49,882 nucleotides of DNA from a virus. A model generated the notes under the pieces. That model did no database searches, was not told the DNA's origin, and saw only the letters and a program-made list of their open reading frames with translations. A program made the translations under genes and the position numbers. Every line of letters begins with the position of its first letter. Within the stretch, counting starts at the first letter, position 1. Shown in pieces: positions 9,943-20,028 of the stretch. Location of the stretch: the IMG/VR virus record IMGVR_UViG_3300045988_133688. One strand, given 5' to 3'.

Positions 9943-10556
9943 AATTCTCTAGTTGTTAAAGTGAACTCAATTCTAATTCCTGCATAAGGGTACATAAAGA
10001 ATTGTTTATCAATATCTTGTATGCCTTCTCCTTTATAAGTATAATTGTTATATATTTTTTCTATAGAGTACCCTTTGTATATGTTTTCAAATCGCTCGTA
10101 TATATCATTGATAACAAGTTTACCTGTAGTTGTAATAATACCAGGCGTTGTTAGTACTCGTATTATTTCATCTTTAATTTCCTCAGTATGAAGTACTGTT
10201 TCATCATCATAGATACTACTTAAGTCATACCAAAATATAATGGCTCCACTGAAAGTATACTGAGGCAAAGATTGTACTACTTGAGTAATCTTCTGTGGGT
10301 CATATATATCAAACCATGAAAAGTTACCAAAGTTGTCATTGGGCAAAAGTGACACATATTCTCCATTGCCATTATACGATGCTGGATATATGAATTTATT
10401 ACCATCAGGTCTATGCTCTACAAGCTTATAAGCTCTTCCAAATGCATAATTAAGCCACTTAAGTTTTTCCATAAGCGACTTTTGCATATCCTGTAATATC
10501 TTATCAAGTAGTACAGGATTATCTTTATATCTTATTTGTACAGAACTTTCTTTCAT
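9921..10556 (-). CDS. Hypothetical virion (neck/tail) protein (211 aa)
   Basis: ORF track. Coupled by overlaps to both neighbours in the structural operon. Confidence 0.6.
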   Translation of the reverse strand: MKESSVQIRYKDNPVLLDKILQDMQKSLMEKLKWLNYAFGRAYKLVEHRPDGNKFIYPASYNGNGEYVSLLPNDNFGNFSWFDIYDPQKITQVVQSLPQYTFSGAIIFWYDLSSIYDDETVLHTEEIKDEIIRVLTTPGIITTTGKLVINDIYERFENIYKGYSIEKIYNNYTYKGEGIQDIDKQFFMYPYAGIRIEFTLTTRELCQRYIL

Positions 10557-11020
10557 TGTCTTATGGCTCTTTTTAATCGTTTAACAAGCTCTTTTCTTAT
10601 ATGTGAACGGATTATTCTTGTAAAGTTTTTATCCGTCAACCTGAATATCTCTTCCCCATATTTTTCAACAAGGTCTTGAGTTTTTTCATCGCTTGCTGTT
10701 ATATAAAATCCTTCTGAGTCAAATACTACATACATTGACTCGTGAAAGGCTCCAGTATCTCTTAAGGTAACTCGAGTTGTCGGTTGACCTTTTCTCTTTT
10801 TGTTTTGTATAGTTTTAGGTGCATAAGGCATATAATCCATAATCTTTTCGCCTCGGCCATTGATACCTCTGCGATACAACTGGTCATCTGCTATTGCAGA
10901 TACTATCACATCCTCTTTATCACGGACAATATCTTCCAATAGCATAGGCAAGCTATCTTTGAATGCTCTCAAGCGATATTCAAGATTGCGAAGTGTTGCA
11001 TTATACCTTTTTACAGCCAT
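10553..11020 (-). CDS. Hypothetical virion protein (155 aa)
   Basis: ORF track. 4-nt overlap downstream and 1-nt gap upstream. Confidence 0.6.
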   Translation of the reverse strand: MAVKRYNATLRNLEYRLRAFKDSLPMLLEDIVRDKEDVIVSAIADDQLYRRGINGRGEKIMDYMPYAPKTIQNKKRKGQPTTRVTLRDTGAFHESMYVVFDSEGFYITASDEKTQDLVEKYGEEIFRLTDKNFTRIIRSHIRKELVKRLKRAIRQ

Positions 11021-11021
11021 A

Positions 11022-12362
11022 CTATACAGTTCTATATTTTATACCATTGTTTTTGCAAGGAAGACAAACTCTGTCCATTCCTTCAGTACTAAGCTTAATT
11101 GCCTTAAATGCCATATCGAGTTGATAGCTAAGACCTGATTTTTTCATAGATGAAGAGTCGCCATCAACTTCATATAGAATATCAAGCCTAGAAGCATTTA
11201 TTGAATGCCTATTTGTACGAACATTGGCATTATAGGCAAATTCACGAAGCATATCTACTGCTACTTGTTTTGCTATAATATCTTGGAATAACATCCGCTG
11301 TTCAATTATAAAGTCTGTAATATCACAACTTATTGTTATTTCAAGATTTAAGCCATAGTTGTTATCATAAGTATATTGGTTGTTTTCAACATCCCATAAA
11401 TGTATAGGCTGTTTTGCAAAATCTTCATTAAAATCATCATTGAAATTAACAGCTTCAACCAATTCCTCATTAACATAAAACGGATGCACTTCTATATATT
11501 TAGACCAAGCCATCCAAGCTAATAACTCTTTGCGTGAGCATGAGCCACAGGGCTCTTTAGACCAATCTTTGTCTTTTCTTATAGCTTGACTGCCTTCTGG
11601 GAGTTCAGATTGAAAATAGCATAAATACCAACTACCGCCGGCATCATTGTCTTCACTTTGATAAGGCAAATACACATCATTAAGTGAGAACCATTCTATG
11701 CTGTTTTTACGTATCTTATTAAGCTTTATTATCTTAACAGGTGCATCCATACTAGAATGCATAAGATACAAAGTATATTCGCCAGGCTCTGTAAATTGTA
11801 AACCTATTTTATTGATTTTCGTAGTTACGCCTTTTGCTCTTACAGGTACAATCTCAAAGCCAACCAGATTTTTCTTGTTTTTTACAATATCTACTAAACG
11901 ACCAGTACCGTCGAATAAAGTTCTGTTTTCGCACAAAGTCTTATATGTACCTTGCGCAATTTTTTCATTGCAATATCTAGCAATAGCTTTCTGAATGCTA
12001 GCCTTAGTTTTGCTTTCAAGCCATTCAGAAAATGGATTGGTTTCAACCCAATACTCAGACTCAATATCAGGCTGTTTTCCAGTTGAATTCTGTAAAGCCT
12101 TATATAAAAGACTTCCATACTTTATGACATTGCCTTTAGAATATGACTTTTCTGCATTATACTCCTCAAAAGTCATGTTCTTAAAATCTGGAGCGATACA
12201 AGACATATTCTGCAGTGTCAGCAACGGATGAATTTGCTGAAAGTATAGGCCACTTTCGCTCACAGTTAAAGCATCAGATATTTTTAAGTCTGATGTGTCA
12301 TAATTTTGCTCCCATCCTATTAGATGAAGCAGTTTTTCTTGTATATCTAGAGCTCTAACCAT
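11022..12362 (-). CDS. Hypothetical virion protein (446 aa)
   Basis: First gene after the capsid-gene terminator. Has CGSCSRKE and CLPCKNN Cys pairs. No family recognised. Confidence 0.6.
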   Translation of the reverse strand: MVRALDIQEKLLHLIGWEQNYDTSDLKISDALTVSESGLYFQQIHPLLTLQNMSCIAPDFKNMTFEEYNAEKSYSKGNVIKYGSLLYKALQNSTGKQPDIESEYWVETNPFSEWLESKTKASIQKAIARYCNEKIAQGTYKTLCENRTLFDGTGRLVDIVKNKKNLVGFEIVPVRAKGVTTKINKIGLQFTEPGEYTLYLMHSSMDAPVKIIKLNKIRKNSIEWFSLNDVYLPYQSEDNDAGGSWYLCYFQSELPEGSQAIRKDKDWSKEPCGSCSRKELLAWMAWSKYIEVHPFYVNEELVEAVNFNDDFNEDFAKQPIHLWDVENNQYTYDNNYGLNLEITISCDITDFIIEQRMLFQDIIAKQVAVDMLREFAYNANVRTNRHSINASRLDILYEVDGDSSSMKKSGLSYQLDMAFKAIKLSTEGMDRVCLPCKNNGIKYRTV

Positions 12363-12380
12363 AGTTTTTATTATTTATTG

Positions 12381-12423
12381 AAAAACAGGAGGTCACTGAA
12401 GTAATTTACCTCAGCGCCTCCTG
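12381..12423 (-). terminator. Hairpin plus T-run downstream of the capsid gene (probable leaky intrinsic terminator)
   Basis: CAGGAGG (12386..12392) pairs with CCTCCTG (12417..12423), with an inner CTGA/TCAG stem. On the minus strand it is followed by TTTTT (12381..12385). Confidence 0.6.
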
Positions 12424-12461
12424 CCAAAGCTAATAACAACTCAAAGATTTGCTATTAAGTA

Positions 12462-13577
12462 TTATGCACCAGCGGCCGCCTTGGTATTAACCGGATTGTC
12501 TTCTGTGTTCATAACAACTACAGGCTTAGCATAAACAGCATCTTCGCTAGAAACGTTGAATGCCAAGATAGGACTGGCCAATGTAGAAGAAGAACTGTTA
12601 TAAGCGGTAAGGAATGCTACATCTACGGCAAAACCATAGTGCTCTTTGCGAGTGCGGGTCATATCTGTAGTAGCAGCTCCTGCAATAGCATTGTAGTCAC
12701 CTACAGAGTCGTAGAAATATGTACCAACAGGCATATTCAACATAGGCAAAGTAGCAATACCCCACTCATGACCATCACCAGATACAGTACCAAGCAAGCA
12801 GTCACGCTCGAAGCGAGTTAACAAACCGAGTGAACCGGCATTCACTGCATAACCCTGAGCATATTTACCACCAGCAGCCGCAATGTTGTTTGTCAAGTGT
12901 ACAATCTTTGTGCCGAACTCATTCTGCTTGTTTACATCATTGTAGAGACCATGCTGCTGCAGTTTACGCATGATAGACTCAACTCCAGGGTCACCTACGA
13001 TATGTAACTGGCCATAAAAATCATTTGCCCCCATCATGACCTCGAGGTCGCCAAATACATTTTCACACTCTGTCCACTTAGCATTAACAGCATTAGAAGA
13101 AAAGTCATAAAGCAACTTATTCTTCAAAATCTGAGTTTTGCTAGCAGCAAGTTGAGCAAGTGCGGCTTCATCAAGCTTCTTAGCAAATGCATACAGATAC
13201 TTCATAAATTTGGTTTCAAAATCTTTTTGAATGCCAATTTCATTGTTCATATACATTGCCGGAGCAATAGTAAAGCCCCAAGAATACGTTGTAAACGTAA
13301 TCTGTACCATCTTAGATGTATTTTCACTATCATCGATAGTTACAGTACGCGTACTGCCGATAGTAATATCAGCATCGTAGTCAATCACGGGAGTTTCTAA
13401 AGTGCTACCAATAGAAGTTCTAGCTTTTTGCTTTAACTCCTCAGTAAGAATTCCAGTAGGGTCTTCGGACTGCACCATAAAAGCATTCAGCGCACCGTAT
13501 CTACTGGGGCGATACTCAAACTTATCCATGTTAGAGTTCGCACGGATGTTCTGGATACGTGTTAAAACTAAACTCAT
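12462..13577 (-). CDS. Major capsid protein (371 aa)
   Basis: Follows a coiled-coil scaffold-like ORF. Visibly higher GC than its neighbours. Followed by a terminator hairpin. Family not identifiable by eye. Confidence 0.7.
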   Translation of the reverse strand: MSLVLTRIQNIRANSNMDKFEYRPSRYGALNAFMVQSEDPTGILTEELKQKARTSIGSTLETPVIDYDADITIGSTRTVTIDDSENTSKMVQITFTTYSWGFTIAPAMYMNNEIGIQKDFETKFMKYLYAFAKKLDEAALAQLAASKTQILKNKLLYDFSSNAVNAKWTECENVFGDLEVMMGANDFYGQLHIVGDPGVESIMRKLQQHGLYNDVNKQNEFGTKIVHLTNNIAAAGGKYAQGYAVNAGSLGLLTRFERDCLLGTVSGDGHEWGIATLPMLNMPVGTYFYDSVGDYNAIAGAATTDMTRTRKEHYGFAVDVAFLTAYNSSSSTLASPILAFNVSSEDAVYAKPVVVMNTEDNPVNTKAAAGA

Positions 13578-13673
13578 AAATTTAACTTTTTAATTGTTAA
13601 TACTTACGCTACTATGGTGCATTACCCTTTTACGCCTCATAGCGTTTTTGTTCTCTTTTTTAGGATGTGCCGT

Positions 13674-14621
13674 TTATTTAATAGGCAAACTTGCCACATT
13701 ATTTTCAGTTCTTAGTTGCAAAGACTGGTCAGCAAACTCTTGCGAGTCACGTGTCAAACCGTTTGCAAGCAGATGGGCCTCAATAGCTTTATCGGCTTCA
13801 ACCTGGCTCTTAATACCTGACAAATCAAGTGTTCCGCCTGTTCCACCTGAACCAGACCCAAAGCCTCCTGTTCCTCCGCCTTGTTGCTGACGGCCTGTTT
13901 CGATAACATCTTTCAAAGAAGTTTCCATAACAAGCTCTTGCATTGTATACGGATTGAGGTTATTCTTAGGATTGTTAAGAATGTTACCATCAGCTCCGCG
14001 GATAACAAGCTTTTTGCCGCCTTGACCATCTTCGATAAAGTCTGGAGTACCCTTAGCCAATACTTCAGCTTTAGCTGCTTTAAGCAGTGTTTTCTGAATA
14101 GGCTCGGTGATACCTGACTTAAACTTAAGACCAGCAGTAGCAGCTTGGAAAGCATAATCTACATGTGTATTCTTAAGAGTAGTTTCAAACTCTGTCTTCT
14201 TAGAGTTGAACTCTGTTTCTTTTGTCTGGAGCTGAGTTTGAAGTTGAGCAACTTGCGCCTTAGCATCTTTCAACTGCTGACGCAAAGTTTCATCTCCAGC
14301 TCCTTTTTCAAACTTAGACTGAAGCTCTGTAACCTGTGCCTTAGCAGCATCAAGCTCAGCTTGAACTGTTTTAACAGACTCAGCTTTTGTCTTATATTCA
14401 CCGAGCACACGCTTTGCGTAGTCATAGCTCTTTTCATCGTCTTTTTTCTTGATACCGGTAATTCCAAGAATATCAGTATCATATTGCCCATGTAAAGCAC
14501 CAATCTTAGTGCCAATTACAGTATTTTCGTCATTTTTCGACATTTCAGCAATGGCAGTCAGCTGGGCATCTGAAAGACCAGTTAAAGCTGAATTTTGTCG
14601 TAGCATCTCAATTGTTAACAT
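13674..14621 (-). CDS. Scaffolding protein (315 aa)
   Basis: Central Ala/Gln/Lys/Glu coiled coil (AELDAAKAQVTELQSKFEKG...AKAQVAQLQTQLQTKE). Gly-rich linker GGGTGGFGSGSGGTGG. Sits between portal and capsid genes. Confidence 0.6.
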   Translation of the reverse strand: MLTIEMLRQNSALTGLSDAQLTAIAEMSKNDENTVIGTKIGALHGQYDTDILGITGIKKKDDEKSYDYAKRVLGEYKTKAESVKTVQAELDAAKAQVTELQSKFEKGAGDETLRQQLKDAKAQVAQLQTQLQTKETEFNSKKTEFETTLKNTHVDYAFQAATAGLKFKSGITEPIQKTLLKAAKAEVLAKGTPDFIEDGQGGKKLVIRGADGNILNNPKNNLNPYTMQELVMETSLKDVIETGRQQQGGGTGGFGSGSGGTGGTLDLSGIKSQVEADKAIEAHLLANGLTRDSQEFADQSLQLRTENNVASLPIK

Positions 14622-14638
14622 AGCTTTGTGATATTTTG

Positions 14639-15103
14639 TTATTTATTTTTGACAACTAACTCTGCAGCATCTCCGTAAGGGTCATGCAAAACTTCCATGA
14701 TTGTATAGCCAAGACCTTTGAAGTTCTTCTTAAAGAGTTGCCACTCTGCAAATGTGAACAACTGAGTAAATGGAGCAGACTCTTCTTTTCCGGTAAGTGG
14801 GTTAAATCTGCGTCCGCGAACAAGTGACAAATGAACCATCTTCTCAGTACCTGCTTTAGGAACATAAGTAGATTTTTTGGTTTTTGTCTTAGCAGCTTCT
14901 TTTTCTTCGATGACATCATCAATATCAACCAAGAAAAGAGCCACATCATTAAGCTCATCCTGGAGCTCATCAGTCCAAGCTTTACCACCTTTTGTTTTCA
15001 GGGCTTCAAGCTCAGCTTTACGAGCAACAGCTTGTTTCTTATAGGCTTTTACTTCCTCAAGGCTGTGCCCCTGTAGTTGCTGTAAGTCCATCTTTTGATA
15101 CAT
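14639..15103 (-). CDS. Hypothetical head-morphogenesis protein (154 aa)
   Basis: ORF track. Lies between portal and scaffold. Its start overlaps the portal 3' end. Confidence 0.55.
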   Translation of the reverse strand: MYQKMDLQQLQGHSLEEVKAYKKQAVARKAELEALKTKGGKAWTDELQDELNDVALFLVDIDDVIEEKEAAKTKTKKSTYVPKAGTEKMVHLSLVRGRRFNPLTGKEESAPFTQLFTFAEWQLFKKNFKGLGYTIMEVLHDPYGDAAELVVKNK

Positions 15104-16799
15104 ACTCTAAAAGTTTTTTGTTAATTATATCGATTTTTTCTCTCATTGGCTTGTTTGAAGCAAACTCAATTATGTTAATGTTCTCACGCTCGAATTTTTC
15201 GACTAAAGTACTAAAATTTATCTTAAGTTTTACCAGATTTTCATCAATTAACTTTTTTTCATACAGTTTTAACACTTCGTCCAATGTCTTATGTGGATAA
15301 GGCTCCAACTGTTTCAAAATCAGCATTCTCTGAAGTACCAAAGGATTGTTGCGATACTCAACTTCAAGAATTTGCTGTGATATCACATCTAGTTCTGAGT
15401 TGGACGCTCCATTTTCCTTTGCTTGTTTGTACTTAGAATATAACTCAGTTACTGTAAAAACGTAAAACTCTGTACCCCAGCTTACTGAAGACGATATGAA
15501 AGCACCTCCATATCTGAGTTTGCAAACAGTATCTTCAACAAACTTCTGTGCCAATTCAAAATTAGTCTTAAGTGCGTTAAGCACTGAAGTCTTACTTTCA
15601 AAGTTAGCAGTTACTTGAGTTTCATTGATTGCTTCTTTTTCACTTACTGTACCTCCTGAACCAACTACTGAAACAACAATCTCATTTTTAAGCCTTGCAC
15701 ACTCACTAACATTATATTCAAGTGAGTTTTTATCAATAGTGGTAATCTGGACTGGGTTACGCATATCAGCTACACCCTCGGTCTGATTAGGAATAGGCAC
15801 CTCTAAGAATGAACCAGGTCCAGCTATTCGCTTTTCACTGCAGCATGGGCATTTCTCCACTGTGCCATCATTGAGTATTTTGTACTCACCTTTGGCATTG
15901 CGAAGAAAGCCTCCGTCGCAGTAGTCACCAGTCTCATTATTCTCAAAGTTACAGTCAGCCTCATAGGCGCTGTAAATAGGATACGGAGCATAAAGGTCGA
16001 GGTGTTGTTTGGATAAGGCAAAAAATAGATACCAATCCAAGTTTGATAGCTCCTTGGTGATTGGGTTTTTCTTAAGGTCCTTGTTCTTCTCATTGAGCTG
16101 TGTAGACCAAAAGAACCTAGCCGAACAATATCCTAAATCATGTTGAGCTTCAGAAACTAATGACTGAATTTCATTCTTTTCGTTGAGTTGATAAACTCTT
16201 ATAGAAGTATCATCAAATACAGCTATTCTGTGTTCTGGCTGATTAAAAACAAGCCATTCAAACAAGTTTTCATCTTGCTTAGAAAGCTGGTAATCGACTA
16301 CAGCATCAATTTCAAGCCAATAAAAATATGGCTCAGGGCGTGATGTAGTTTGTGCTTGAGGAAGGTCAATTACTAAAATACTATTGGGCGACACCTGCAT
16401 TCGCTTCCATCCCATTGTCTTCCATACCTCTGGCTCATTAAGATTGCTCTTGCGATACAAAGCCCAGTCTTCTGCGAGCTCTGAGTCTGTAAACTGGTAT
16501 GAGCTAGATGAGTTACGGCTATAGAAAACTCTTTCGAGCTCTCTATAGACGTCCTCAACTACAGCAGGGGTTGGCAACGGGAATTTGAACAGCTGCAAGA
16601 ATATGTTGAACTTATCTTTTGGAAGCAGATGCTTTACCCAATCTAAGAATATGGTAGTAGGTTGGTTAATATCAGATACAGCAATATTCGTCTCAGTATG
16701 GAACCTAAGACGGCGCTGCATATTTACAGCTTTCTGAATAACCTGTCTTTTAGACGGTTTTTGCAGAATTTGCTTTATCTGATTTAACTCTAAGCCCAT
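15057..16799 (-). CDS. Portal protein (580 aa)
   Basis: Size and position only: downstream of terL, upstream of scaffold and capsid genes. Start codon uncertain (alternative Met 26 codons in). Confidence 0.65.
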   Translation of the reverse strand: MGLELNQIKQILQKPSKRQVIQKAVNMQRRLRFHTETNIAVSDINQPTTIFLDWVKHLLPKDKFNIFLQLFKFPLPTPAVVEDVYRELERVFYSRNSSSSYQFTDSELAEDWALYRKSNLNEPEVWKTMGWKRMQVSPNSILVIDLPQAQTTSRPEPYFYWLEIDAVVDYQLSKQDENLFEWLVFNQPEHRIAVFDDTSIRVYQLNEKNEIQSLVSEAQHDLGYCSARFFWSTQLNEKNKDLKKNPITKELSNLDWYLFFALSKQHLDLYAPYPIYSAYEADCNFENNETGDYCDGGFLRNAKGEYKILNDGTVEKCPCCSEKRIAGPGSFLEVPIPNQTEGVADMRNPVQITTIDKNSLEYNVSECARLKNEIVVSVVGSGGTVSEKEAINETQVTANFESKTSVLNALKTNFELAQKFVEDTVCKLRYGGAFISSSVSWGTEFYVFTVTELYSKYKQAKENGASNSELDVISQQILEVEYRNNPLVLQRMLILKQLEPYPHKTLDEVLKLYEKKLIDENLVKLKINFSTLVEKFERENINIIEFASNKPMREKIDIINKKLLEYVSKDGLTATTGAQP

Positions 16800-16968
16800 T
16801 TTCTTCGTCGTAATAATAATTGCTATCTTTCGGTAACTCCCATCCGCCGTTTAAGGCTGGGCCCATATCAAGCAATCGTTCTGCGTGTTGAAGGCCGAAC
16901 TCTTGCTTGATATTATGCTTAGGCACAACCAGCGTTACCGTTTGTTCTTTTTTCTTTCTTACACTCAT
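16750..16968 (-). CDS. Hypothetical small protein (72 aa)
   Basis: ORF track. Overlaps the annotated portal start by 50 nt. Confidence 0.45.
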   Translation of the reverse strand: MSVRKKKEQTVTLVVPKHNIKQEFGLQHAERLLDMGPALNGGWELPKDSNYYYDEENGLRVKSDKANSAKTV

Positions 16969-16980
16969 AGCTGAAATTTT

Positions 16981-17631
16981 TTAAGCTCCAGTGGAAGCTA
17001 CGTTAACCCAATCAGTGAGAGGATTAAAGTCCAAAGTTTCACGCTTGATAATGTAGAACTTATCACTCCAGTTAGGAACAAAAGACCAGCTAATAGCATT
17101 GCTATCAGGCTCTTCATACCCGCCAAGTGACTTATCACCTACAAAGAAGCTGTAAATAGGAATAGGCATGTACTTAGTAGGCTCATCAAGGTCATCTACC
17201 AAACAGCCAATGTTGCCATTTTCGTCGATAAGATAAACACCGATGTTTTCACGCTGATACTGCTTCAACTGAGCAATAACTTTTTGGTTTTCCTGATAAA
17301 TTACACCGGTAAAGTTTGTTGCTTCACGGCCAATTGTAATAGGAATACCTCCAAGCGTCTGGTTTCCACCACCGAATGTACGGGCTGCTCCAGGTTCTGT
17401 AGCAGGACTCTGAATATAAGGCGACACTGTCATCTTAGTACCATCGGCTGCAGAAAACAAAGTGGCAAACGATGCTTTCTTAGTCGGGTCTGCGACAGAG
17501 TTCAACTCTCCAGCAGTCTTATAGATACGCTGGAATGCAACTTTTTGAATTTGCCCCATGCTTTCCTTGCAATCGTTAATCTCAAGGTCAGCAAGATGTG
17601 CTGCGGCAGGGCATCCACAATTTAATCCCAT
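16981..17631 (-). CDS. Hypothetical, probably abundant virion protein (216 aa)
   Basis: Has its own promoter box (17726..17740) and a ~95-nt leader. GC is higher than in flanking genes. N-terminal CGCP motif. Confidence 0.6.
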   Translation of the reverse strand: MGLNCGCPAAAHLADLEINDCKESMGQIQKVAFQRIYKTAGELNSVADPTKKASFATLFSAADGTKMTVSPYIQSPATEPGAARTFGGGNQTLGGIPITIGREATNFTGVIYQENQKVIAQLKQYQRENIGVYLIDENGNIGCLVDDLDEPTKYMPIPIYSFFVGDKSLGGYEEPDSNAISWSFVPNWSDKFYIIKRETLDFNPLTDWVNVASTGA

Positions 17632-17725
17632 TGTTCTTTATGTTTTTAATGTTAATACTACCGAGCAGCTACCCTTAACTAGCATCGAATTACCTGTATT
17701 TGTTCAGAAATAAACTTCTTCACTG

Positions 17726-17740
17726 TGCAAATATACTAAT
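17726..17740 (-). promoter_or_regulatory. Late-type -7 promoter box (minus-strand reading ATTAGTATATTTGCA)
   Basis: 15-nt box identical to the one at 21456..21470. Lies in a 253-nt intergenic region. Confidence 0.55.
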
Positions 17741-17797
17741 AAAAATTGAAAGCTGTATACTTTTTGACAATTTTTAACTAAGTATTTTTATCGTCTC

Positions 17798-17884
17798 ATT
17801 CTCGCATGATTTTTCTATTTTGATTATAATATCTCAAGGACAATATCTCAAAATGATTAGAAATTACGAGAATAATGCGAGAAT
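17798..17884. promoter_or_regulatory. ATTCTCGC-motif cluster: inverted copy at 17798..17807 plus an 11-bp-spaced tandem pair at 17866..17873 and 17877..17884
   Basis: ATTCTCGCAT on the plus strand. ACGAGAAT and GCGAGAAT read on the minus strand as ATTCTCGCATTATTCTCGT. An AATATCTCAA direct repeat (17829..17838 and 17842..17851) lies between them. Confidence 0.5.
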
Positions 17885-18094
17885 TTAATCTTTTAATACT
17901 TTATAGCCTCTTTTTTGAAAAAATTCAGCCATCACATAATAGCCACATTTGCTTCTACCATCAATTATAGCTTTATCTTTCTTAGTACACCATCTCTTTA
18001 TATTTCTGCTTGTAAAAAACCGTATGGAATTATATAAGCAGCTTGCACAGCACATATTTGCTTTAACTCCATTTGGGCTTATCATCCTTTCCAT
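17885..18094 (-). CDS. Small Cys-rich protein (69 aa from the Met just after the terL stop)
   Basis: CCASC...WC...KC. The track ORF 17885..18127 extends 11 codons into terL, so I prefer the ATG at 18094. Confidence 0.5.
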   Translation of the reverse strand: MERMISPNGVKANMCCASCLYNSIRFFTSRNIKRWCTKKDKAIIDGRSKCGYYVMAEFFQKRGYKVLKD

Positions 18095-18095
18095 A

Positions 18096-19673
18096 TCAAT
18101 TTCTTTGATGTATTTTGCGTTTTCCACCTTTCCTACTATGCATCTCCCATACGCCAGTCAAGCAATCTGGAGCATCATCATGCTGATTTCTCTTCTTATT
18201 GTCTTTACGATATGACATAAGCGCATTATAGAACTTGGGCCACTTCTTATCCCAGCCTTCAGGAAACAGAATATCATTTTGAACTTGAGCTGAGGCTGTA
18301 AATATACGTGTTTTCTTATTTTCTGATTGTGTAAATGTTCTGATAGCACACTTAAAGTTACGTAAATCAACTCGAAGTATCTTTTTGACATTTCTTGAGT
18401 AGCCTCGGCCGCCATTATTTGACTCTATCAAGCAGTCAACTGTTTGGTTTCGTGCCAATAATTCAGCTTGCTTTGGCTCTGTTACTTCCATTGGAGCATC
18501 TGTAAACATTACATCTGTCACATAAGCATATTCTGGTGTGTTTATGAAGCAAATAGAACACAAAAAGTCAGCTCCTGTGTCAGCTGTGTCAGTATAATTC
18601 CACTTTTGAAGTGCTTTATTGCCTGTTGGTAGCTCTTCTGGCCTATAAGTTCTAAACCCTTCATACATAAGACCATCTTTTGGAGTTGGGTCTTGCATAT
18701 ACTGTGTATCAAACACTAACGGATTTATCTCACGCATCTTATAGAGCTCTTCAAGTGTATGCTTCATTGGCCATAAGGCGTGTTCTTCACCTGTTTCAGG
18801 GTCTGTTTGTATAACAGGCATTGAAAGTACAGTCCATTCATCAGGCTCTACACCTTGCAAATAACCACACAAATCATGTTCGTGTAGCCTTTGCATAATA
18901 ATTATGATTGGAGTATTACGTGAGTTGGTACGGTTACGAATTGTGTTCTCAAAGCGCATATTGATACGCTCACGGACAATATCAGACTCAGCATCTTCAG
19001 GCTTAATCGGGTCATCGATTACAATTGCACCTTGAAAGATATTAGTCGTAGCTCCTAGCATACCAAGCACTTCATTAGTATGGTCATCAAATACAAAAAT
19101 ATCATTACCACCATCCATTTTATCAATATCTGGGTCAATATCAACATTTCCTGCGCCAAAACCTGTTACCTGACCTTGTGTTGATACTGCATAAAGCTCA
19201 CCACCTGCTTTAGTTTTCCATCTCTTAGCTGACCCTTTCTCAGATGCAAGAGCTGAACTTGGAAAAAGTGCCTTATAAAGCTCTTCTTGCATGATATTTC
19301 GTATTGTCTCCGAATTATCATACACAAGTATATCTGAGTAAGACAGATGCAAAAATCGGCACTTTGGATTTAAGGCAAAGCACCAACTTATAAATGATTT
19401 GATAACAAGCTCGGTTTTACCATATCGAGGTGCTATATTGATTATAAGTCTTTTACATTTGCCATCTACTACATTCTGTAATGCCTCAAACATCCTCTTA
19501 TGATGCTCTGCAACTATAAAAGAACGATGGTACTGAGCTTTGAACATTACCCGTGTATATTTTTCAAAAGATGACAACAGCTCTACCTTCAAAAGCTCTT
19601 TAGGATTTACGGTTCCGCCATTAGAGGTATCTATAGCTGATTGTTGCATCTCCTTTAATGATTTTATTGCCAT
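18096..19673 (-). CDS. terL: Terminase large subunit
   Basis: Walker A-like INIAPRYGKTELV. Acidic Walker B-like IFVFDD / AIVIDDP. C-terminal nuclease-type acidic residues (DTADTGADF, HDDAPDC). 525 aa. Confidence 0.85.
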   Translation of the reverse strand: MAIKSLKEMQQSAIDTSNGGTVNPKELLKVELLSSFEKYTRVMFKAQYHRSFIVAEHHKRMFEALQNVVDGKCKRLIINIAPRYGKTELVIKSFISWCFALNPKCRFLHLSYSDILVYDNSETIRNIMQEELYKALFPSSALASEKGSAKRWKTKAGGELYAVSTQGQVTGFGAGNVDIDPDIDKMDGGNDIFVFDDHTNEVLGMLGATTNIFQGAIVIDDPIKPEDAESDIVRERINMRFENTIRNRTNSRNTPIIIIMQRLHEHDLCGYLQGVEPDEWTVLSMPVIQTDPETGEEHALWPMKHTLEELYKMREINPLVFDTQYMQDPTPKDGLMYEGFRTYRPEELPTGNKALQKWNYTDTADTGADFLCSICFINTPEYAYVTDVMFTDAPMEVTEPKQAELLARNQTVDCLIESNNGGRGYSRNVKKILRVDLRNFKCAIRTFTQSENKKTRIFTASAQVQNDILFPEGWDKKWPKFYNALMSYRKDNKKRNQHDDAPDCLTGVWEMHSRKGGKRKIHQRN

Positions 19674-19674
19674 A

Positions 19675-20013
19675 TTACTTTCTATTTGATATTTTCAAAT
19701 ACTTAGTCCAAGCATAGTGCTTGCGTGTTTCAAGATAAGTCCAATTGTAGGCATTATTGTAAGCTTCTTCTTCAAAAGATACATCTTTATAAGCTCCATG
19801 CTGAGTTTTATGAAAAAGTCTTATAATAATATATTCAAGCCCGTACCATATATAAAAGAATATATAGAGCATTTCTTTCATCTGAGCGGTATGGATTTGT
19901 TCATGAAGAATTGTATCTTTTGTAAGATAATCTCTTTTTGTGAATAAAATTCCAAAAAGGTTTATAGTCGAATAACCTCCAAATGGAAACCAAGATGTTT
20001 TAACTATTTTCAT
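19675..20013 (-). CDS. Small HExxH-motif protein (112 aa)
   Basis: LHEQIHTAQ (HExxH) followed by hydrophobic YIFFYIWYGLEYIIIRLF and FEEEAY. Wedged between terS and terL. Confidence 0.55.
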   Translation of the reverse strand: MKIVKTSWFPFGGYSTINLFGILFTKRDYLTKDTILHEQIHTAQMKEMLYIFFYIWYGLEYIIIRLFHKTQHGAYKDVSFEEEAYNNAYNWTYLETRKHYAWTKYLKISNRK

Positions 20014-20028
20014 AATTATGTATATTTA

